Shown piece after piece: positions 23,321 through 37,222 of a stretch of DNA of 64,000 nucleotides. Under the pieces are notes generated by a model that searched no databases, was not told the origin of the DNA, and saw only the letters and a list, made by a program, of their open reading frames with translations. A program made the position numbers and the translations under genes. Each line of letters begins with the position of its first letter. Position 1 is the first letter of the stretch. The DNA comes from Squalus acanthias (taxonomy: Eukaryota). Location of the stretch: positions 143,098,001 to 143,162,000 of the forward strand of contig CM059432.1 of NCBI GenBank assembly GCA_030390025.1. The letters run 5' to 3'.

Positions 23321-24734
23321 TAAATGTGAAATGACTGCATAAAATCCTGGAAATACTCAGTTGGTCTGGCAGCATGTCCACCTGAGACGTGAACTCTGTT
23401 TTTCTCTCCACAGATGTTGCGTGACCTGCTGAGTATGTGCAGCATGTTCCGTCTTCTCAGAGGCCTTCATTTAGGTTACAGATCAGCCATGATCTCATTG
23501 AATGGCGGAACAGGCTCGAGGGGCTGAATGGCCTGCTCCTGTTCCTATGTTCCTATAGGAATGATGCTAAACACAAGCAGCCAACCTGCAGAGCAACAGA
23601 TCAAAATTCCTGGAACTCACTGGCTGTTGCTGCTCGAAATAAACGGCGCGCTGAAGACGCTGTAACTGGATACTCTGAAATTGAGGTTAATGCTAATGGT
23701 TAATGGTCATCGCTTCTTGGCCGATATAAGTGACTGCCGGTTTTAAACGTGGATGGTTTAAGTGGTGGCGACTGTATGTACATACACCTCTACGGCTCTT
23801 ATTATTGCTAATGCATAACTGTTACTGCTCTAATTTGTTCTCAGTTTCACTGCACTCCCACACCAGTTTGTTAAAGTAAAATTCATTCCAATTTCACCCC
23901 CCCCGCGGTTCCGCCCGAAATGGCGACCGGTTTTTCCATTGCAGATTCTGACTCACCCACCCTGGGTCTCCAGTCACTCAGACTATGATGTTAAATCCGT
24001 CCGGGTTTTTTTGGGCGGTGAGGTTAAGTTGTAAACTCCCCCCACCCCCCCACCGCCTAGAGTGAAAATCAGGCCCGGGGCTATTTTAACTCCCGGCCTC
24101 ACTGACACTCCACCGCTCCACTTCCCACCTGTTGAGAGTGGGAAGAAGACGGGACGCTACTGCTGGCATTCGGAAAATCGGGATGGTGGAGGAAGTGGGG
24201 TGGGGAGGGGGGGGTGTGGGGTGTGTCTCCGGGAGGAGGGGTCTAAGCTTTCCTTGTGGGGCCAGGAGGAGCACTCCTTCCTGCTGGGGAAGTGTTACGG
24301 AACCAAGGCGGGTAGATGGAGTTAATCTACAGATCAGCCATGGTCTAATTGAATGGCGGAACAGGCTCAAGCGGCTGAGTGGCCTCCTCCTGGTCCTACG
24401 TTCTGCTTCTGAACCCCACAAAGGAATGTTAAAAAAACTTGTACCCATTCTCGGCCTCTTCCGAGGCTGATCCTCTTCTGTCCTTGGGATGGCCTGAGTG
24501 GGAGAGCAACAGCAGCTTTCCCCACTCAGGCCCAATGACATCATCAGGACCCGACACGCGTCTGTAAAGAAAAACCCCGTCGGCTTTGGGCAGGTGTCCT
24601 TGCCGCCTGCTCAGGAGGGCAGCGGCATCCTGGAGGCTCCAGGGCAGGTAAATAGCTCAGGCATTCTAACTGCCAGCCCAGTATCTGCAGCGGGGCTGGG
24701 ATTAGGGTTAAAATCACCCCCTTTTTTTCTTCAT

Positions 24735-25865
24735 TCACTGCTTCCACAACTTGTGTTTCAATCTCAAGTACGAAGGGTGAGAAAATATCCTTATCTTTCC
24801 ATTAGGCACTTTACAGCCTTCCAGCCTCAACACTGAGTTCAACAACTTTAGATCATAAACCACCACTCCCATTTCCTCAGACAGCAGGTGCTGGTAATGA
24901 TTCTGCTCTTGCCATTTACAATCCCCCACCCCCCTCCGCCCCCGGACCTATCTTTTGTTTCTTTACTTGTCCCATTATAGAATCATAGAATCATAGAAGA
25001 TAGGAGCAGGAGTAGGCCATTCGGCCCCTCTAGCCTGCTCCGCCATTCAATGCGATCATGGCTGATCATCCAAATTCAGTACCCTGTCCCTGCTTTCTCT
25101 CCATATCCCTTGATCCCTTTAGCATTAAGAAATATATCCAACTCCTTCTTGAATCTATTTAATGAATTGGCCTCTACTGCCTTCTGTGGCAGAGAATTCC
25201 ACAGGTTCACCACCCTCTGGGTGAAGAAATTCCTCCTCATTTCTGTCCTAAATGGCTTACCCCTTATCCTTAGACTGTGACCTCTGGTTCTGGACTCCCC
25301 GACCATCAGGAACATCCTTCCTGCATCTAGTTTGTCCTGTCCTGTCAGAATTTTATAAGTTTCAATGAGATCCCCTCTCATTCTTCTAAACTCCAGCGAG
25401 TATAAGCCCAATCGACCCAATCTCTCTTCATACGTCATTCCTGCCATCCCAGGTATCAGCCTTGTGAATCTTCGCTGAACTCCTTCCATGGCAAGAACAT
25501 CCTTCCTCAGATAAGGCGACCAAAACTGCACACAGTACTCAAGGTGTGGTCTCACCAAGGCCCTGTACAACTGCAGCACTCCCTTTTGCCTTGCACCATC
25601 ATCCCTTTTGTCATTTAGTCTCTCCTGCCTTCCACCCTATCACAGACCTTCCCTTTTGTTCTTTCCTCCCCTCCCCCCTTTCCCTGCCTCTGTACTTGCT
25701 TAAAAACCTGTTCCATCTCTAACCTTTTCCAGTTCTGATGAAATCCCCGACCTGAAACGTGAATTCTGTTTCTCTCTCCACAGAGGCTGCCCGACCTGCC
25801 GAGTGTTTCCAGCATTTTCTGTTTTTATTTCAGATTTCCAGCAGCCGCCGTATTTCGCTTTTGCG
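24735..25865 (+). mobile_element. PLE family B 3' fragment split by a CR1 insertion, with degenerate hammerhead at about 25733-25765
   Basis: Homologous to 15990-16363 plus the pLTR tail 'ctccacagaggctgcccgacctgccgagtgtttccagcattttctgtttttatttcagatttccagca'. Confidence 0.75.
24978..25577 (-). mobile_element. CR1 3' fragment inserted in the PLE; same subfamily as 3690-5440
   Basis: ORF 25076-25579 '[26 protein letters not shown]...GYGEKAGTGY' and the tail. Confidence 0.9.
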
Positions 25866-26442
25866 AGGTAACAGATATATTGTTTGGTCTACTGCTATCA
25901 GCCAAAGAGACCCTCGCAACAGCTGAGCGTTACTGGGTATTCGCTAAATATTGACTAAATACTTCAAATGCCTAACTAGGTCCCTGACCATTTCACTTGT
26001 GTCATATTCAGCTTGAAAGATGATGAGACAGTGCAAAATCGGCAGGACAAAACTGTCCCTCATTATCGGACGGCTTTTCACCCTGGCGGACCCTGATCCC
26101 GACAACTCCGACGCAACCAAAGAATATCTTCCAGCCCAAGGGGATTTATTACAGTCCCTTTGCAAGTGTGAAAAGAGTCGTAACTCATGAACTCCACAGT
26201 TACACGTGAGTTATTAGGACCTGCCAGCTGAATAATAGAACGCCTAGAACGTGCTGTCACTGGTGGAGTGTCCCATTTACCCTTGCTGCTTGTAACCTAA
26301 GCACTTCACCAAGCCACTTCTCAACAACACTGCATGCGGTAGCTAAATTTTGTTACAATCTGCACATATCAGCCCGTGCCAGTTCACCTACTCCAGTTAA
26401 TTGAGTTCGTCTTGCGTGGGACTTTAATTGATGTATTAAAAT

Positions 26443-26910
26443 CAGCCGTGGCTCAGTGGGTAGCACTCTCACCTCTTGGAGTCAGAAAGATTGTGGGTTC
26501 AAGTCCCACTCCAGAGACTTCAGCACAAGATCTAGACTGACGCTCCCAGTGCCAGTACTGAGGGAGTGCTGCACTGTCGGAGGTGCTGTCTTTCGGATGA
26601 GACGTTAAACCGAGGCTCCGTCTGACCTCTCGGGTGGATGTAAAAGATCCCATGGCACAATTTGAAGTAAGAGCAGGGGAGTTCTCCCCGGTGTCCTGGG
26701 CCAATATTTATCCCCCAACCAACATCACTAAAACAGATTATCTGGTCGTTTATCACGTTGCTGTTTGTGGGAGCTTGCTGTGCGCAAATTGGCTGCCCGT
26801 TTCCCACATTACAACAGCGACTACACTTCAAAAAACACTTTGTTGGCTGTAAAGTGTTTTGGGAAGTCTGGTGGTTGTGAAAGGTGCTATAGAAATGCAA
26901 GTTTTTTTTT
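26443..26910 (+). mobile_element. DeuSINE (SacSINE1-like)
   Basis: Full head, body and tail. Confidence 0.9.
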
Positions 26911-27500
26911 ACCTAAACAAGGGTATAATTGCCTTTGAGGGAGTGCAAAAAAGGTTCCCCAGACTAATTCCTGGGATGGGGTGATTGTCCTATGAGGGGT
27001 GATATTCCCTAGACCTATATTCCCTAGAATTTAGAAGAATTTGAGGTGACCTCATTGAAACATACAAAATTCTTATAGGGCTTGACAGGGTAGATGCAGG
27101 GAGGATGTTTCCCCTGGCTGGGGAGTCTAGAACCAGGGGTCACAGCCTCAGAATAAGGGGTCGGCCATTTAGGACTGAGATGAGGAGAAATTTCTTCACT
27201 CAGAAGGTTGTGAATCTTTGGAATTCTCTACCCCAGAGGGCTGTGGAGGCTCAGCCATTGAGTATATTCAAGACAGAGATTGATAGATTTTTGGAAACAA
27301 AGGGGATCAAGCGATATGGGGATAGGGTGGGAAAGTGGAGTTGAGGTAGAAGATCAGCCATGATCTTATTGAATGGCGGAGCAGGCTCGAAGGGCCAAAT
27401 GGCCGACTCCTGCTCCTATTTCTTATGTTCCTATGTGCAGATCAGCCATGATCTAATTGAATGGCGGAACATGCTCAAGGGGCTGCCTCCTCCTGATCCT
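26911..27500 (+). mobile_element. CR1 3' fragment followed by a second CR1 3' UTR fragment
   Basis: 'MFPLAGESRTRGHSLRIRGRPFRTEMRRNFF' and two 'gatcagccatgatct' UTRs in tandem. Confidence 0.85.
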
Positions 27501-30114
27501 AAGATTTAGAAAATGTGAGATGGAGCTGTGGATGGAGAGGGTCCCTGAGCTTAAATGCAGCACCTCTGGGAGGAGGCTACCTCCGATAAAGTACAGAACT
27601 GCACTTGTAGAAATCATCAACAAAATCAAATAAAAGGACCATCGCAATTCTATCACTTTTGACTTGTAACAAAGAAAGCACTTTTTAATGCGGTGAAAAT
27701 GTCAACTGGGAAAGAATTGGCTTCCAACAGGGAATTCTGTTTCCAACAAGGAAAGCCCCTGACTCTGATAAAACAGTTAAATAAAATGTTATGGTGGAAA
27801 TGATTGTCAGTGCCATTAGTGTACAAATGCACTTTCTCTCTGCTATTTTAATGAAGTGTTGACCCTGTTGAATCCCATTGAGATAAACGGGTCAACGTCC
27901 CTGTTCAAATAGCAAAGCAAAGGAATTTAGTCCCAGCACGTGACACGTTTCCGTGATAGGTTTCCTCCCTCTGCTGGTGACACCTCTCACTCGACGCCCG
28001 ACAGCAGAGCCGAGGAATCCGAGGGTTGCATCTGTCATCTTGCACTGAAGGGAGCCAATCTGGCAGGAGGGGCTATGAGGGTACAGATTGATCCTGGGCA
28101 GTCGTGCAAAACAGGCCGTAGCGAGTCGGCAGCCTGTTTTACACTCACGAAAGTCAACAGGAGCGAAAATCGGGCCGAGCGTACAAAGGGCTGTCGCCCA
28201 AAATGAATTTATACCTCATTTATTTCTCGAGGGCTAAAAATTGATTCATTCCCATGCTGAAAATCTGAGTGAATCTAGTTGTAACTTTGGTGGGAGTCTG
28301 TCAGAACAGCTTGATCTAGGGTCACACCAGGTCCAGACCTGGCTCCCAGAGTTCTGGGGTGGTTTTGTGGTGGCAGAAATTCCATAAATCAATTGAAAAA
28401 TTCAAAAATGAGATTGATAGATTTTTGTTGGGCTAGGGTTACAGAACCAAAGCGGGTAGATGGAGTTAAGATACAGATGAACCATGATCTAATTGAATGG
28501 CAGAACAGGCTCGAGGGGCTGAATGGTCTAGTCCTGTTCCTACATTCCTATGCAATGTGCCGATCTCCCCTGCCCCACCCTTCCCTCCAGCCATTACCAT
28601 TAAAGAGTGGAGGCCAGGGTCAGGGACTCGATATTCAGCGGCTTGGCATATGGATAGTGTTTGGTAAATCTGGTGAAGTGGGGTCCATCTCGGAGTTTAG
28701 GCCAAGAAAAGAAAATGTTTTGATTAATACTTTTTTATTAATACCAGTGACAGATAGAGGGGGAGAAATTGGACCTCGCTGCACCTGTTTTTGGGATGTG
28801 CGTTTCTGATGGCCGCCTAAAACAGGCATTAGACCCCCCTTGCCTTATGTTAATGAGGGGGCCTAAGGCCTGTTTCAGGAGCCTTCTGGGTAATTGGGCT
28901 ACCCCGAGAGGAGCCCACAAGGGGAAGTAAAAAAGAAAATTCTTTTCAAGCTTGACATGGAGCCAGGAGGTGCAGGAGTGCCTCTCCGAGCTCCATAGCC
29001 CTCCTGTGGGCAGGTGCCAACCTGCGATCGCCCCACCCCCCCAGGACCTTTACCTGAGGTCAGCTTTTGGCAAGGCAGGTGGTGCCCGCTAGCACAGGGA
29101 GTGGCTGAGGCGAGTGACATAGATGCATTTAAGGGGAAGCTAGATAAACACACGAGGGAGACAGGAATAGGATGCTCTGGTGATGGGGTGAGATGAAGTA
29201 GGGTGGGAGGAGACTCGTGTGGAGCATAAACACCGGCACGGCGCAGTTAGGCCGAATGGCCTATGCTGTAGACTTACTGTAACTCGATGTAAATTGGAGT
29301 GCTGGCATTGGGCGAGCTGCCTCAGGAGGCACAATAGATGATGGCAGCTCACCCTAATTATTTACATTTAGCCTGAGTCCCAAATTCGGGCCGGCCTCAG
29401 ATCTCCCGATTGAACCTGACACCTCTCTGATCTGCATGAATCAGCTTGGCTACCAGGGAAAGCAGCATGGGGCTTCGGATTCGTTTTATGCAACCATCTA
29501 ATAATTCACCTTTAGGCTTCTGAGTAAAGTCATTTTTGTTACCATTTTCAATTTAAATTTTTCTTCCAATGCAAGTATAACGTGTTTTTCCTTCCCTCTT
29601 CCAACAAGATGTTAAGGTTTAATGAGCTTCCAAGGCTGATTATATCTGAGTGACTGACGAAATACTGAGGGGTGAGAGAGAGGATGATGTACGATAGCTC
29701 ATTATTAAGAAACTAAAGTCACTTTGTAGTTGCTACAGAGATCAATTACCTATCTTGTAAGCGGTGAAAACCGTTGATTGTTCGAGTCTTTGAGTCATAA
29801 TTCGTTAATAAACTATGTTGTTGCAGTTCATTATCCTGTCCCTGCACTAAAGAATTGCAGCCACCAGTCTCACAACATACAGAAGCTATACAGTTGAAGG
29901 CTAAATCTGTCACACGAGTGAGAAAAAGCTTCATTACCAGTGACAGAGTTGTGAGAAGGTTGCAAACGTCTCTCGCACAAGTGGAATAAACGAGATACTT
30001 CGTTGTTCCTCATCGAATGTGTTTCTCCCCAAGGTGCAAATGCAAGAATCGAGATCAGACTTAATTACATCTTTGAATATTTTTGAGATGTTGAACCATG
30101 ACGGTTGCAGAGAA

Positions 30115-30322
30115 AAGAAAAAGAAGGAACTTGCGTTTATACAGCGCCTTTCACGACCTCAGGACATCCCAAAGTGCCTTACAGCCAATGAAGCGCTTTT
30201 TGAAGTGTAGTCACTGTTGTAATGTGGGAAACGTGGCAGCCAATTTGAGAGCAGCAAGATCCCACAAACAACAGATGACCAGATAATCTGTTTTAGTGAT
30301 GTTGGTTGAGGGATAAAGGGAT
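30115..30322 (-). mobile_element. DeuSINE 3' fragment
   Basis: Reverse complement of the SINE tail 'cttgcgtttatacagcgcctttcacgacctcaggacatcccaaag'. Confidence 0.8.
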
Positions 30323-31121
30323 AAATCAGACAGCAAATGGTTCTGTGTAGAATGTTACAGTTTAGGCTTTCCCCAAAACAAGTGTTTCCCGTAAGCACAC
30401 TGGGTCTGCTTTGAGCCAAAACCTGCACCTTTATACATGCAGTGCATGGAATACTGTGCCGAGGGCTAACAATTACCCCCTAATTGTAGGATGTAACACA
30501 CTAGAAATCATGTGTAAAAATCACCACATTCTCTGTCTATCCTGAACGGGGGAAAATACCATATCAGACCAACCCATACAGGCTAACACCACTTGCTCTA
30601 ATTTATTTACAGGTTAAGAAATACACAGAATCCAAATACTAAATCAACGTTGACACTGGAATCAGTCCATAAGGGCTTTTTAAACAGTTTAATAGTGACA
30701 AGAGTTTTGGATGAAACAGTCAGATTCATGTCTTGGTAAAACCTTTCAGATGCGAGGTGACGTTACACAGGATCGATGCAAATCTCAGCGTTCTCCACAG
30801 AGTTTGGATAGAACTAAAACCTAGGCATAAATCCCCAGTACTTAATCAATTCAGAAGCCTTTGAAGTCAGACTTGTCAATCACCAATGATTATGATTCCA
30901 TAGAATGCTAATGAGCAGGTCCAGTGATTTCCAAGGGACATGACTTTGCTCATACCTTGACCAATTAGAATCAATTAGCACCTAGGACAATGCCTCAGTA
31001 TCCTGTGTAATCTTTCAGATCAATTGACTTGGCCTAGTCCTGTAGGCAATGTAAGCAGTCATTTCCAAAACTTGGGGAAGGGAAGATAGCTTTCATTTTA
31101 TTCTCTGGCTATTTCCAAACT

Positions 31122-31305
31122 TGAGAAGTCACACAACACCAGGTTATAGTCCAACAGTTTTATTTGAAATCACAAGCTTTTGGAGCTGCTGCCCCTTCGT
31201 CACCTCCGAAAGCTTGTGATTTCAAATAAAACTGTTGGACTATAACCTGGTGTTGTGCGACTTCTCACTTTTGTCCACCCCAGTCCAACACTGGCATCTC
31301 TGCAT
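31122..31305. mobile_element. Fold-back mini-insertion of PLE family A pLTR, 12-bp TSD
   Basis: TATTTCCAAACT occurs at 31110-31121 and 31306-31317. The two inverted pLTR arms match 376-510 and 1777-1845. Confidence 0.88.
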
Positions 31306-31371
31306 TATTTCCAAACTGTAAGAGATAAAATGCAGGAATGTACCTGTTTTTTTCACAGTGCAAATGGAATT

Positions 31372-31567
31372 GCTCCATGTCCCATTACTGCCCCCTTGTC
31401 CAATCTCTACCAGCTCCGTGTCCCATTACTGCCCCCTTGTCCAATCTCTACCAGCTCCGTGTCCCATTACTGCCCCCTTGTCCAATCTCTACCAGCTCCG
31501 TGTCCCATTACTGCTCCCTTGTCCAATCTCTACCAGCTCCGTGTCCCATTACTGCTCCCTTGTCCAA
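31372..31567. repeat. 41-bp tandem repeat, about 4.8 copies
   Basis: Unit GCTCCGTGTCCCATTACTGCCCCCTTGTCCAATCTCTACCA. Confidence 0.95.
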
Positions 31568-31709
31568 ACTGTCAGCTTGGATTTTGTGCTCAAGTCTCTG
31601 GAGTGGGACTTGATCCCACAACCTTCTGACTCAGAGATGAGAGTGCTGCCCATGGAGTTACAGCTGACACCTGCACAGTTGGCACAGCACAACTTTCCAG
31701 CATTTTCTT

Positions 31710-31977
31710 TGCTCCGCCATTGGCGGCCGTACCTTCAGCTGCCTGGGCCCTAAGCTCTGGAATTCCCTCCCTAAACCTCTCCGCCTTTCCACCTCTCTCT
31801 TTCCTCCCTTACGACTCTCCTTAAAACCTACCTATTTGACCAAGCTTTTGGCCATCTGCCCTAATATCTTCTTATGTGACTCGGTGTCAAATTTTGTTTG
31901 ATAACGTTATTGTAAAGCGCCATGGGACATTTTACTACGTTAAAGCACTATATAAATGCAAGTTATTGCTGTTGTTG
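31710..31977 (+). mobile_element. L2 LINE 3' fragment (a reverse DeuSINE head precedes it at about 31570-31668)
   Basis: Same L2 tail as 11480-11928. Confidence 0.8.
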
Positions 31978-32711
31978 AATGCAGAAATATATAGATGGGG
32001 CTGGCTGGTGATGGGGAGAGTGGTGGTGAGGTTACCTGAGGGTGCAAAAATAGCTGTGGGCAGGTCAAGGAAGTTGGCTGACGGGTGTGGGGGGTGGAGG
32101 CCTGATGGTTTGAAAGGGACCACCAGCAGTTTAGGTTCCATTCTCCTCGGCCACATTCCCTCCCAAGGATGTTTAGGCCCTGCTATCCCAAATCCTGCCA
32201 GGTCCCAGTATTTCCCAATGCTCCAAAACTCCGTCCCGAATCGTGTGGGACCTCAGGAACCCTCTCCTTAGACTTCTTTCCCCCCATGCTCAGATGCTAG
32301 GACACCCCCATCCCCCTTCTCATTGCTCACAAATTCCTAGATTGCGTTCCCAGTATTCTCCAATCTTAGAATCACTTCCCAATGCTCCCACACCCTAAGA
32401 CCTCCTTCCCCAAAGATCCAAGGTTCCAGGAACCCTCTGCCAGTGACCTGGATCCTGGAAACTGCCTTAGTGTTCCCGGAACCTCACTCTCCAATATTCC
32501 CAGATCCCTGGGATCCCCACTCCCAATGCTCTCTGACCCCGGGAACATCCCTCAATTTATTGATCGGCCCTGAGAGCCCATCCCAGTTCCGCTTGTTCGC
32601 AGTGTCATCCTCACGTGCCCCCACCTTCGCCCCCACTGCCCCCCCGCCACCCCCCAAGTGGTGCTGATTCAGTGTCGCTAGTAAATCTACTTGCCACGAT
32701 AATCCTGCTCC

Positions 32712-33628
32712 TGATGATACAAAGCTAAGTGGCAGTGGCAGTTGTGAAGAGGATGTGCTGAGGCTTCAAGGGGATCTCGACAGGCTCAGTGAGTGGGCGC
32801 GAACATGGCAGATGGAATATAATGTGGATAAATGTGAAGTTATCCACTTTGGTAGAAAAAACAGAAAGGCAGAGTATTTCCTAAATGGTGAAAGATTGGG
32901 GAATGCAGATGCTCAAAGGGACCTGGTAGTCCTTGTACATGAGTCACTGAAAGTGAATGTGCAGGTGCAGCAAGCCATTAGGAAGGCAAATGGTATGCTG
33001 GCCTTCATTACAAGAGGATTTGAGTACAGGAGTAAAGAAGTCTTACTCCAATTATATAGGGCCTTGGTGAGACCACACACTGTGTACAATTTTGGTTTCC
33101 TTACCTAAGGAGGGATATACTTGCCAGAGAGGGAGTGCAACAAAGGTTCATGAGATTGATTCCTGGGATGGCGGGACTGTCGTATGAGAAGAGATTGAGT
33201 AAACTAGGCCTGTATTCTCCTGAATTCAGAAGAATGAGAGGGGATCTCATTGAAGCATACAAAATTATTACAGGGCTTGATAGGATGGATGCTGGGAGAA
33301 TGTTTCCCTTGGCTGGGGAGTCTAGAACCAGGGGCCACAGCCTCAGGATAAAGGGTAGGCCATTCAGGACTGAGATGAGAAGAAATTTCTTCACACAGAG
33401 GATGGCGAATCTTTGGAATTCTCTGCCCCAGAGGGCCATGGAGGCTCAGTCATTGGGTATATTCAAAACAGAAGTCGATAGATTTCTGACTAGTAAGGGC
33501 ATCAAGGGATATGGCGATAGGGCCGGTGAATGGAGTTGAGGCAGAAGATCAGCCATGATCTCATTGAATGGCGGAGCAGGCTCGAAGGGCCGAATGGCCT
33601 ATTCCTGCTCCTATTTCTTATGTTCTTA
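32712..33628 (+). mobile_element. CR1 3' fragment
   Basis: DDTKL...LQGDLDRLSEWARTWQMEYNVDKC..., followed by the 3' UTR. Confidence 0.9.
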
Positions 33629-34029
33629 GATAACCTTTGACTAGCTGTGAGTATTACCATGGGTGGTCTAGTTAAAAGCCATTACACTGTGCAGCAGCAT
33701 GTTTATTTTGCTTTTAAAATTCACGACTGAAGCCAAGAGTTTTTTTTTTCAGCATCTCCTGCCTCTTTCCAAAAATTCAATAAAAGACTGATAACCTCAG
33801 GGAGATGGGAGCACAGAGCAGCTCTTGCTCGCGTTGAATAAACGTACGCACAGAGGAGCTGTTTGTTTGCTTATCTACAATCTGTTCTCTGGGGCAATCC
33901 CACAAGTGCCTACCCAATTGATTCAGAATTAGAGCTGAGATCTACCGTGCTCTTTAAACTTCCACACTTTTATCGTAACAGTTCAACAAAAGTTTCACAC
34001 TTGTGAATAAAGCAAATTAATTAAAAATG

Positions 34030-34450
34030 TATTGAACTTGTATTCCCTTGAATATAGAAGATTAAGGGGAGTTCTCTTAATCGAGATGTTTAAGATGATT
34101 AAAGGAGTTGATAGGGTGGATAAGGAGAAACTATTTCCTTTGGTGGGGGAGTGTCCAGAACAAGGGGGCACAACCTTAAAATTAGAGCCAGGCTGTTCAG
34201 GGGTGATGTCAGGAAGCACTTCTTCACACAAAGGGTAGTGGAAATCTGGAACTCTCTCCCCCAAAAAGCCATTGAGACTGGGGGTCAATTGAAAATTGCA
34301 AAACTCTGATAGATTTTTGCTAGGCAAAGCATACTAACGGTTACAGAATCAAGGGTAAATGGAGTTAAGATACAGATCAGCCATGATCTAATTGAACGGC
34401 CGAACAGGCTCGAGGGGCTGAATGGCCTCCTCCTGTTCTTATGTTCCTAC
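34030..34450 (+). mobile_element. CR1 3' fragment (second subfamily)
   Basis: 'LYSLEYRRLRG..IEMFKMIKGVDRVDKEKLFPLVGE' plus UTR. Confidence 0.8.
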
Positions 34451-36789
34451 CTGGAAACTTGTTCCAATGTCCCTATAAACTTTCAGGTAAATTATTTTAC
34501 TGCAAAAAAGGATAGACCCCTTTTCTTCTCTCTATTTGCTCGTTATAAAAGATCATATCAAGAATTATGTAACATTAGTCTAATTGACAACTCTGCACAA
34601 AGAATTCTGTTCATCGCAATAGAAATAATGCAACTGCATTGCAATCAGTTTCTTTCCAGATGAACATTTCATCTAGAGAATCAGACTTAATTAAAATGGA
34701 ATTGATCTCGTAGCCAATCTTAATTCCTGGTGATTTTAACATGTTATTTAAGGACATTTGACGTTGCTTGAGGTTTTCAGCAGACAGCTTAGGCTGAGTA
34801 TATTACACTAATGCCCCTTGGCTCCAGTACAATTAGAATAGAGAGCACACATGGCTAAAACCAGAGCTCAGGCACGGCGAGACTGCAAGAATAGAAGAGC
34901 TATTTTGTTTTTTTTTGTGCTCCATAACACCTCAATCTGACAATCACCTTGCGCCAATTCAGCCACCTGATTCGGTAGTTTAGGTATAAATAGTCAATTC
35001 GGTTGCTCATTACTGAAATCCAGTTGTGCGACTGGGTATTAATTCCAACAGTCATTCCCCATCTTTCCATCTTGTGTGAGAAGACTTGATTCTGTGATCT
35101 CTATGTTAAACCTATATTAGGTACCCCTTCCCATGAAAAAATGGACCTTTAGGCTCAAATGGATTTTCTGTCAGGTTATACAAATCATTCTGAAGGAGGT
35201 TAAATGTGCGCCCACCCTTCTCTGCTCTGGCCGACTCTCAGACGTACAGCTATACAAATTGTCAAGTCGATATTAATTCCATATCTGGATTTACTTTGTG
35301 AAATGAACACTCCTGTGGAGGAGCGTGTAGTTAATTTGGCCACATTTTTCCCAGGTGGAACTGAATGTTCAGTTGGAGGGTTTTCCCAATAACCCTTGCA
35401 GAGTTTTTTTTTGAAAATATCATTCTCAGAATAGTCTCTGGTGATGAGTCTGTCTTCTTTAATAAAGTGACAGCTTTTGAAGAAGATGGGTGAGCCTTTC
35501 TTGATAAGCATATCTCAAATCTCCTGGGGACTGGAAGTAATATTGTTTAGGGAAGGGTCAGTAGCAAGCTTTCACGCTACAGGTTGAATTTTTTAAACGG
35601 CTATCAATGCAGTTATTTTGCTTCCTTTGAATTTGAAAAGAAAAATGCAGGATAATTACACAGCGTTCACCACAGCGGAGTGTGATAGCGTTGACAGATT
35701 ACAACAGCAATTCTGTGTTCTCAAGATCAGGCAATGACATATACAGCTGCCTTGCCTCTTCAATGATAAGATGTCACGTCCCTGTCGAATTCAAATTCTC
35801 ATTCCTGTGTTCAAATCCCTCCGTGACCTCGCCCCCCTCCCTGTCTCTGTCACCTCCCTCACCCCACAACCCTCCGAGATCACTGCGCTCCTCCCATTCT
35901 GGCCTCTCGCGCATCCCCCCAACTCCCTTTGCCCCACCATTTGGCGACGGTGCCAAGCCACCTGAACCACCAACCCCGCTGTCGCACACAGCCTCTCCTG
36001 TCTGCCCGTCGATTCTTTGCTGAGCCTCCTGTCCATGCCGACTCAGTGTTGTTAGTCGGGTTGATCCCCCCCAGCCCCCCCCCCCCCCCCCCCCCCCGTC
36101 GCCGTTCTCTGTCACTCGTTATGCGTGACCTTTTCCTTTGCATGAACAGAAGATAATGTGAAAGGAATGTGAGCGCAATGGGCGTTTGTTTCGCCCCCCC
36201 CCCCCGCCCGCCCCCGTTGAGTGCACGCACGCCATGGTGGTGAAAGGTCCAGGTAAGGTGTCTCTTCAAACGAAGTGCTCGTCAAGACTAGCACAGCCCC
36301 TTTTTGAGTTGACAGGGTGGCTGTGAGTTCAGCTGGTCTCCGCAGAGGTCGCCCTTAGTATGCGGCAGTATTTCTGACGCCCAAGTGCCCACAGAGCAAG
36401 AAGATGAGGTGGGTGAAGGCTCTATCAGTGGCAGAGAATGTGGATTGCAAACAGAGCCTTGGTCAGCCCTGAGACGTCATTGAATCTGTGTGGCAGTTCT
36501 TGGGGTGGTGGAGGTTGGACTGACGGCCTATGCCACCACTCCCTACAACCTGAACCACCCGGTTATGGTGCTTCCTGCACTCAGTGCCCAGGAGTTAGTC
36601 CCTTCTAGCTTTTATTTAAGTCAGCGGCACCTCCACAGATATAGCTTGAGAAGCCAAGAGCCCTTCCTCTTGCCTGACCCCTTCCCTCGCTGCACCTTCA
36701 GAAATCTTACACTGATGCTTCCTGCTGTCAGAAAAGTGGTGTTCCCCTTTAAAAGGCTGCACCAGCACTCAGTGTCTCGCCCTCCCAAT

Positions 36790-37192
36790 CCAGAGACTTG
36801 AGCACATAATCCAGGCTGACACTCCCAGTGCCAGTACTGAGGGAGTGCTGCACTGTCAGAGGTGCCGCCTTTCGGGTGAGATATTAAACCGAGGCCCCGT
36901 CTGCTCTCTCAGGCGGATGTAAAAGATCCCATGACATTGTTTGAAGAAGAGCAGGGGAGTTCGCCCCTGGTGTCCTGGCCAATATTTATTCCTCAACTAA
37001 CAACACTAAAAACAGATTATCTGGTTATTTATCAATATGCTGTTTGTGGGAGCTTGCTGTGCGCAAATTGGCTGCTGTGTTTCCCACATTACAACAGTGA
37101 CTCCACTTCAAAAGTACTTCATTGGCTATAAAGCACTTTGGGACATCTTGAGGCCATAAAAGATGCGACAGAAATGCAAATCTTTCTTTTCT
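36790..37192 (+). mobile_element. DeuSINE with truncated head
   Basis: Body and tail match the other copies. Confidence 0.85.
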
Positions 37193-37222
37193 TGCAATGA
37201 GGAGTGGTATTACAGAGTCCTG

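Noticed and set aside
26019..26190. Short 56-aa ORF (MMRQCKIG...) after an AG
   Set aside because: There is no recognisable homology and the splice context is weak, so it is within chance expectation.
36066..36215. Poly-C tracts as G-quadruplex regulatory elements
   Set aside because: Simple homopolymer runs are common throughout the window, and nothing else supports function.
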